Positions 58,480-64,000 of a stretch of 64,000 nucleotides of DNA are shown piece after piece. The stretch spans positions 27,598-91,597 of the forward strand of contig QAKR01000026.1 in the NCBI GenBank assembly GCA_003343705.1. The letters run 5' to 3'. The stretch is from Clostridiales bacterium. Lineage in GTDB: Bacteria; Bacillota; Clostridia; Oscillospirales; UBA644. The notes below the pieces were generated by a model. That model saw only the letters and a program-made list of their open reading frames with translations. It made no database searches and was not told the origin of the DNA. How positions within the stretch are numbered: position 1 is the stretch's first letter; the number at the start of each line of letters is the position of its first letter. Position numbers and translations under genes: made by a program.

Positions 58480-59919
58480 ATGAAACTTGAGAAGGTAAAC
58501 AAAATCGCAACAAACACAGTTGAATTGCTTATTTCCATCAGTGGTGAAGAGTTTGAAAAAGCTCTTGAAACTGCTTACAAAAAAAATGTATCTAAAATGA
58601 CAGTTCCCGGATTTCGTAAAGGTCACGCACCCCGTAAAATGCTTGAAAAAATGTATGGCGAAGCTATGTTTAACGAGGATGCGCTTAATGATATTTTACC
58701 CGGAGCTTATTACAAGGCTGTTGAAGAATCAAAAATCAATCCTTGTGACAGACCGGATTTCGATTTCCCCGATCTTGACAAGATTGATCGCAACGGTTTC
58801 TCTTTTACTGCAAAGGTTACCGTTATGCCTGAAATTGCAATAAAAGATTATAAAGGCATTAAAGCTGAGAAGATATCTAATGAAGTCACAGATAATGAAG
58901 TTGAAGAAGAGCTTGCCCGCTACCAGCAAAGACAATCTCGTCTTGTTGATGTAGAAGGCAGAAAAACCGAAAACGGTGACACTGTTGTTTTTGACTTTGA
59001 AGGATTTGTTGACGGCGTTGCTTTTGACGGCGGAAAAGCTGAAAATTACAGTTTAAAGCTTGGTTCCGGCCAGTTTATTCCTGGATTTGAAGAACAGATG
59101 GTTGGTTATGATGCAGACTCTGAATTTTCTGTCAATGTAAAGTTCCCTGAAGATTATCATTCTGAAGATCTTAAAGGAAAAGATGCTGAATTTAAAATTA
59201 AATTACACGCAATCAAAAAAGAAGAACTTCCTGCACTTGATGATGAATTTGCAAAAGATGTAAGCGAATTTGACACACTTGATGAATTTAAAGCAGATAT
59301 TATTAAAAAGCTGCAAGAACGTAAAGACTCTGCTGTTGAAAATGACGTTTACGAAAAACTTACAAATGCAGTTGTTGACTTGGTCGAAGGAGAAATTCCC
59401 GAATGCCTTTACACTCAGGAAGCCGATAATCAGCTTCACGACTTTGAACATCGTCTTTCTTCTCAGGGCCTTACTCTTGAGGGATATCTTAAGTATACCG
59501 GACAAGATGTTGAAAGTATAAAGGCTATGTTCCGTCCCAATGCTGAAAAGCAAGTTAAATTGCGTTTTGCTCTTGAAAAAATTGCCGAGCTTGAAAACGT
59601 TATTGTTGAAGAAAGCGATATTGACGAACAGTACAAAAAACTTGCAGAAGCATATAAAATTGAAGATGTCGAAAAGGTTAAAAATGCTGAAACAACTGAA
59701 TATATAACAAAAGATCTTTCTTTACAAAAAGCTTATGAATTTGTTAAAGCTAACGCTGTTTTAACAGAAGAGAAGAAAAAGGCCCCTGCAAAGAAACCTG
59801 CAGCAAAAGCAGATGACAGCACTGAAAAGAAATCTGCAGCAAAAAAGACAGCAGCAAAGAAAACTACTGCAACTAAAAAGACAACAGCAAAAAAAACGGT
59901 AGAAGATAAAGCCGAATAA
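58480..59919 (+). CDS. tig: Trigger factor with ~50-aa Lys/Ala/Thr-rich C-terminal extension
   Basis: PGFRKGHAPRKMLEK ribosome-binding motif and FKBP-type middle domain. Upstream of clpP-clpX. Confidence 0.93.
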   Translation: MKLEKVNKIATNTVELLISISGEEFEKALETAYKKNVSKMTVPGFRKGHAPRKMLEKMYGEAMFNEDALNDILPGAYYKAVEESKINPCDRPDFDFPDLDKIDRNGFSFTAKVTVMPEIAIKDYKGIKAEKISNEVTDNEVEEELARYQQRQSRLVDVEGRKTENGDTVVFDFEGFVDGVAFDGGKAENYSLKLGSGQFIPGFEEQMVGYDADSEFSVNVKFPEDYHSEDLKGKDAEFKIKLHAIKKEELPALDDEFAKDVSEFDTLDEFKADIIKKLQERKDSAVENDVYEKLTNAVVDLVEGEIPECLYTQEADNQLHDFEHRLSSQGLTLEGYLKYTGQDVESIKAMFRPNAEKQVKLRFALEKIAELENVIVEESDIDEQYKKLAEAYKIEDVEKVKNAETTEYITKDLSLQKAYEFVKANAVLTEEKKKAPAKKPAAKADDSTEKKSAAKKTAAKKTTATKKTTAKKTVEDKAE

Positions 59920-59955
59920 TTAAAACTTATAAAGATATTTTAGGAGGAAAAGGAA

Positions 59956-60537
59956 ATGAGTTTAGTTCCCATGGTCGTTGAACAGACTAATAGAGGCGAA
60001 CGTTCATATGATATTTTCTCAAGACTGCTCAACGACAGAATAGTTTTTTTGGCAGACGAGGTTAATGACGTAACGGCAAATCTTGTTGTGGCACAGCTTC
60101 TTTATCTTGAAGCAGCAGATCCCGATAAAGATATCAGTCTTTACATCAACAGCCCCGGAGGCTCTATTACAGCCGGAATGGCAATATATGACACTATGCG
60201 TTATATTAAATGCGATGTTTCAACAATTTGTATCGGTATGGCAGCAAGTATGGGCGCATTTTTACTTTCTTCCGGTACAAAAGGTAAGAGATTTGCTCTT
60301 CCTAACAGTGAGATAATGATACATCAACCTTTAGGCGGATTTCAAGGTCAAGCAACAGATATTAAAATTCATGCCGATCATATTATGCGCATAAAAAAGA
60401 GGATGAATGAAATTCTTGCACAGAATACAGGTAAACCTCTTGAGGAAATCGAACGTGATACAGAGCGAGATAATTTTCTTACAGCTTCCGCTGCGTTTGA
60501 ATATGGTATAATTGATAAGGTTATTGAAAAAAGGTAA
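59956..60537 (+). CDS. clpP: ATP-dependent Clp protease proteolytic subunit
   Basis: [11 protein letters not shown] (Ser), MIHQPLGG (His), 193 aa. Confidence 0.97.
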   Translation: MSLVPMVVEQTNRGERSYDIFSRLLNDRIVFLADEVNDVTANLVVAQLLYLEAADPDKDISLYINSPGGSITAGMAIYDTMRYIKCDVSTICIGMAASMGAFLLSSGTKGKRFALPNSEIMIHQPLGGFQGQATDIKIHADHIMRIKKRMNEILAQNTGKPLEEIERDTERDNFLTASAAFEYGIIDKVIEKR

Positions 60538-60540
60538 TAT

Positions 60541-61779
60541 ATGTCTAAAATTAAACAATGTGCCTTTTGTGGGCAGACAGATGCGGATCCAACCAGGCTT
60601 TTTATTGCAGGTCTTGTTGACGGTGTTTATATATGCGATGAGTGTTTGGAAACCTGTAACGATTATATTCGCTCTTATCGTGATACAGAGTCGTTAAAAA
60701 GAAAAAATAAAATAAAGATCACAATGCATACTCCGGCAGAAATTAAAAAAATTCTCGATGAGTATGTTATAGGTCAGGATGAAGCTAAAATTGCACTTTC
60801 TGTTGCTGTTTATAATCACTATAAGCGTGTTTTTACACAACCTGAAGATGACGTTGAGATAGCTAAAAGCAATGTTTTAATGCTCGGGCCTACAGGTTCT
60901 GGTAAAACACTTATGGCACAGGTCCTGGCAAAAGTTTTAAATGTTCCGTTTGCTATTGCAGACGCAACAACACTTACCGAAGCCGGATATGTAGGCGAGG
61001 ATGTTGAAAACATTCTTCTTAAGCTTCTACAAGCTGCGGATTTCGATGTTGACGCTGCTCAATACGGAATTATTTACGTAGATGAGATTGATAAAATCTC
61101 TCGTAGAAGCGAGAATACATCTATCACACGTGATGTTTCCGGTGAAGGCGTTCAACAAGCTCTTTTAAAAATTCTTGAAGGAACTGTTTCAAATGTTCCT
61201 CCTCAAGGAGGGAGAAAGCATCCTAATCAAGAATTTATTCAGGTAGACACAAAGAACATACTCTTTATTTGCGGCGGTGCGTTTGACGGACTTGAGAAGA
61301 TTATTCAAAAGCGTATGGCTGGAACAACAATCGGTTTTGAAAGCGAAGTTCGTACTAAAAAAGAAAATGACGCAGCCTTTTACCTGCGTCAATGTGAGCC
61401 CCATGATCTCATTAAGTTCGGTCTTATTCCCGAAATTATAGGTCGTGTACCGGTAACAGTTTCGCTTGACAAGCTTGATAAAGATGCGCTAATTAAAATC
61501 CTTATTGAGCCTAAAAATTCACTTATTAAGCAATATAAGAAGCTTCTTAAAATGGATGGTGTGGAACTTGTCTTTGAAAAAGGCGCTGTTGAAGCGATTG
61601 CTGAAAGGGCTGTTGTAAGAAATACAGGGGCCCGCGGCCTTCGTTCTATTGTAGAAAATGCCATGACACAGATTATGTTTAAAGTTCCTTCTGATAAAAC
61701 AATTAAAAAGGTTACGATTACACGCAGATATATTGAAAAAGGCGGAGAACCTGTATATAAACGCGAAAAAACAGCATAA
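60541..61779 (+). CDS. clpX: ATP-dependent Clp protease ATP-binding subunit ClpX
   Basis: N-terminal Zn module CAFCG...CDEC, Walker [13 protein letters not shown], Walker [10 protein letters not shown]. Confidence 0.97.
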   Translation: MSKIKQCAFCGQTDADPTRLFIAGLVDGVYICDECLETCNDYIRSYRDTESLKRKNKIKITMHTPAEIKKILDEYVIGQDEAKIALSVAVYNHYKRVFTQPEDDVEIAKSNVLMLGPTGSGKTLMAQVLAKVLNVPFAIADATTLTEAGYVGEDVENILLKLLQAADFDVDAAQYGIIYVDEIDKISRRSENTSITRDVSGEGVQQALLKILEGTVSNVPPQGGRKHPNQEFIQVDTKNILFICGGAFDGLEKIIQKRMAGTTIGFESEVRTKKENDAAFYLRQCEPHDLIKFGLIPEIIGRVPVTVSLDKLDKDALIKILIEPKNSLIKQYKKLLKMDGVELVFEKGAVEAIAERAVVRNTGARGLRSIVENAMTQIMFKVPSDKTIKKVTITRRYIEKGGEPVYKREKTA

Positions 61780-61800
61780 CAAAAAAGAGATAATTAAATG

Positions 61801-61833
61801 GCCTGTACTACAATTAAAATTTGTAGTACAGGC
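61801..61833. terminator. Hairpin between convergent clpX and serine-hydrolase genes
   Basis: Perfect 13-bp stem GCCTGTACTACAA/TTGTAGTACAGGC with a 7-nt loop. U-tracts are weak on both sides. Confidence 0.5.
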
Positions 61834-61868
61834 AAATTTAATGTTATTGTAATATGCCTTATAATTAA

Positions 61869-62747
61869 TTATAACCCCTGATTTTCAAGCTCCGTAAAAT
61901 ACGGTAATAAATCAACTGCTCCATAAGAGTGATAAGCAACTACTCTATGTGTTTTAGGGCTGAATATTATTCTTTGGCCGAAAGCCCCAGCCATATGGTA
62001 AATGCCATGATCATGTGCTGCGATAGATCCTGATGTTCCGAACTCATCTTTGTACTGGCTTGAATAAATATAATCAGCCCAAGTTTCGGAAAATATACGT
62101 TTTCCTTCATAAACTCCTCGATCGAGATAAAGCTGTCCTATCTTTGCCAGATCCCAGGTTTTGCAGAAAAGCCCTGTCCCACCTAAGGTGTGCCCATCAA
62201 AACAGCGTGACCAAGCATATACATGAAATCTAAGCGGTACGAAAAGCTCTTTTTGCAAGAAATTTTCAAGATCCATACCGGTTATTTTCTCAACTATTCG
62301 AGAAATTATATAATAATTTCCGTCTGCATAAACCATCTCTTTACCCGGAGTAAGGGTTATGGGTTGTCCGAGCAGAAAATGAAGAACGTCTGTTGTGTTA
62401 AAATCGTTAAAATCTTCGCCGTCAAAGTCACAACCTCGCGGTGATCCTGTTCTGTGTCTAAAAACTTGCTCGATTGTAACTTCATCCCACTTTTTATCGT
62501 ACCCTTCGGGATAAAACTCTGAAAGATATTTAGATACTTTATCGTTTACATCTACAAGCCTTCTATCACTTAAAATACCTATTGCTATACTTGTAACGGT
62601 TTTTGCTATTGAATAACAATCATGTGCAGCGTTTCCCCAATTAATTTGAACCTGTCCGGCGCCTGCATCGGTTCTTTCAACTATATTGTATATATTCAAA
62701 TCCTCACTTCTTGCTTTTTCTGCAAGTTTATCAAGAAAAAGTGACAT
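61869..62747 (-). CDS. Serine hydrolase, beta-lactamase/transpeptidase-like family, copy 2 (no signal peptide)
   Basis: SxxK (SIAK). Colinear similarity to 41274-42182 (GHTLGG, YYxxSRIVE, ...). Confidence 0.75.
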   Translation of the reverse strand: MSLFLDKLAEKARSEDLNIYNIVERTDAGAGQVQINWGNAAHDCYSIAKTVTSIAIGILSDRRLVDVNDKVSKYLSEFYPEGYDKKWDEVTIEQVFRHRTGSPRGCDFDGEDFNDFNTTDVLHFLLGQPITLTPGKEMVYADGNYYIISRIVEKITGMDLENFLQKELFVPLRFHVYAWSRCFDGHTLGGTGLFCKTWDLAKIGQLYLDRGVYEGKRIFSETWADYIYSSQYKDEFGTSGSIAAHDHGIYHMAGAFGQRIIFSPKTHRVVAYHSYGAVDLLPYFTELENQGL

Positions 62748-62812
62748 TTGTAGACCCCCTTTTATAATTGTTAATAGACTAAAAATGAAGATGATAGGAT
62801 AATGTAAAAAAT

Positions 62813-62838
62813 AAAGGGCAACCCCAGGGCTGCCCTTT
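62813..62838 (-). terminator. Terminator after the MutS-like gene
   Basis: AAAGGGCA / TGCCCTTT stem with T-runs on both strands. Confidence 0.6.
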
Positions 62839-62857
62839 TCTAAATTTTTATCTGGTT

Positions 62858-64000
62858 TTATAATTTTGCGGTGATACCATACTTTTCAGCAACATCGCGA
62901 GCAAATTTAGCACTTTCGGGACGTTGTCTTTCAACTACAAATACAGGTCTGTCATTTTCAGTTTTCATTACTAATGTGTCAACTTTTGAACCGTCCTTTA
63001 CTTGTGCATTGAATTCATCGGATTGTTCGCCGAGCTCTGAAAGGTCGGTTGAAATAATACCTATTGCTTTTGCTTTTGCGGCATTTAAAATAACCTGTGA
63101 AATAATGTATGAAGCTTCTCCTGAGTTTGCACATTCAAGAGCCTGGTCAATAATTATCATAGTGTTTTCATTAAGGTCTTTTAAAAGTGCACCGATCTTT
63201 GCGCATTCTTCTTCAACCTTTGAACGGCTCTTTTCAGCCGCTGTAATTTTCGGGCTAAGAACAAGTATGTTTTTAACAGGGCTCATAACAGCATTATCTG
63301 CTGGAACATACATACCAAGCTGGAACATTACCTGGGCAATACCTAACGCGTTTGAGAATAGCGTTTTACCGCTGCGTGAAGGTCCTGTTAAAATATATAA
63401 GCCTCCGAACTGATCAAATACTACACTGTTTGTTGCATAATCACGTGTACCTTCTTTAAGTACGTGAAGAGGATTGTAAAGACCTGTGATATGGCATTGA
63501 CGTTCTTCCATTGTTTTGATTTCAGGTTTGCAAACTCTAAGTCTGAATATTCTGAGTTTTTCAACCATTGCAACGCCTGCTATGTAGAAGGAAAGTTGGT
63601 CAATTATGTTTGCAAGGAATTCGGTGTTTATTGCCATATATTCCTGAACCATCGGAGTCCATTTTTTAATAAGAGTTGTGAATACGGAATCCAGAGAAGC
63701 ATCTAAAGATATAAAGAAATTATCGGCTTCTTCCGGAGTCATTCCTTTGGTTATGCCGTCAAGCGGTGTCATGCAATAGTAGTTATCATCTTTAAAGTCC
63801 ATGCGTAAAATCTTGTCCATAACATTGCCTGCTTTGAACACATCATTGTTAACTGAAAGAATACCTGCTTCTTTCGGACGCAGTTGTGCGTCGAGGTTTA
63901 CGCCAAGGGTAACACTTTTAACGCCTTTAACTGTATTTGAAGCTTCGCTCATGCGTTCACGCATAGAGTTGTAGTCAGCGTTTGTTACTGTATCGTTTAT
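62858..64000 (-). CDS. MutS-family ATPase-domain protein (paralog, not canonical MutS/MutS2), N-terminus beyond the right edge
   Basis: MutS domain V pattern LYILTGPSRSGKTLFSNALGIAQVMFQLGMYVPAD. The reading frame stays open upstream of the Met at 63964 to the window edge. Confidence 0.8.
   Translation of the reverse strand: MNDTVTNADYNSMRERMSEASNTVKGVKSVTLGVNLDAQLRPKEAGILSVNNDVFKAGNVMDKILRMDFKDDNYYCMTPLDGITKGMTPEEADNFFISLDASLDSVFTTLIKKWTPMVQEYMAINTEFLANIIDQLSFYIAGVAMVEKLRIFRLRVCKPEIKTMEERQCHITGLYNPLHVLKEGTRDYATNSVVFDQFGGLYILTGPSRSGKTLFSNALGIAQVMFQLGMYVPADNAVMSPVKNILVLSPKITAAEKSRSKVEEECAKIGALLKDLNENTMIIIDQALECANSGEASYIISQVILNAAKAKAIGIISTDLSELGEQSDEFNAQVKDGSKVDTLVMKTENDRPVFVVERQRPESAKFARDVAEKYGITAKL

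Overview
AT-rich Firmicutes (Clostridia-type) chromosome segment centred on the replication origin. A dockerin-bearing glycoside hydrolase, a YunB sporulation protein and a THF riboswitch suggest a Ruminococcaceae/Oscillospiraceae-like gut anaerobe; that placement is inference. The left arm (minus strand) is gyrA(partial)-gyrB-remB-recF-dnaN-dnaA. The right arm (plus strand) is rpmH-rnpA-yidD-yidC-jag-mnmE-mnmG, followed not by rsmG/parAB but by a dockerin GH, murC and purD. Next comes a THF-riboswitch operon (folT, SSS transporter, HD phosphohydrolase, dCMP deaminase, possibly GH2), then murE and an archaeal-type iPGM. The rest is mostly housekeeping: ruvCAB, smpB, rex, aconitase, icd, gpmI, ligA, rplS-lepB-rbgA-rnhB-yraN and tig-clpP-clpX. 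Interspersed are accessory hydrolases (GH2, GH36-like, a beta-helix lipoprotein, two amidohydrolase/serine-hydrolase paralog pairs), a 7TM GGDEF sensor, two SSS transporters and a few genes of unknown function. I saw no rRNA, tRNA, tmRNA, CRISPR array, transposase or integrase. Most interesting observations: (1) Neither origin spacer shows canonical DnaA boxes. Phased GTTGAAA-type units occur in the dnaA-dnaN spacer, and a second AT-tract-plus-array module sharing a 15-nt identity lies upstream of murE. The DnaA recognition helix is also atypical (RDHATTHH). (2) The THF riboswitch heads a translationally chained operon that reaches into dNTP/dUMP metabolism. (3) A Rex-type operator overlaps the -35 of the aconitase(-rex) promoter. 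(4) A promoter plus leader terminator precedes an SSS transporter with no riboswitch class I recognise. (5) A metallophosphoesterase has essential N-terminal motifs upstream of any ATG/GTG/TTG, implying an ATA start or a -1 shift from the dipeptidase gene. (6) A MutS paralog has a natural Walker-B DE-to-DQ change. All functional calls come from reading motifs in the supplied translations and the DNA; no database search was run.
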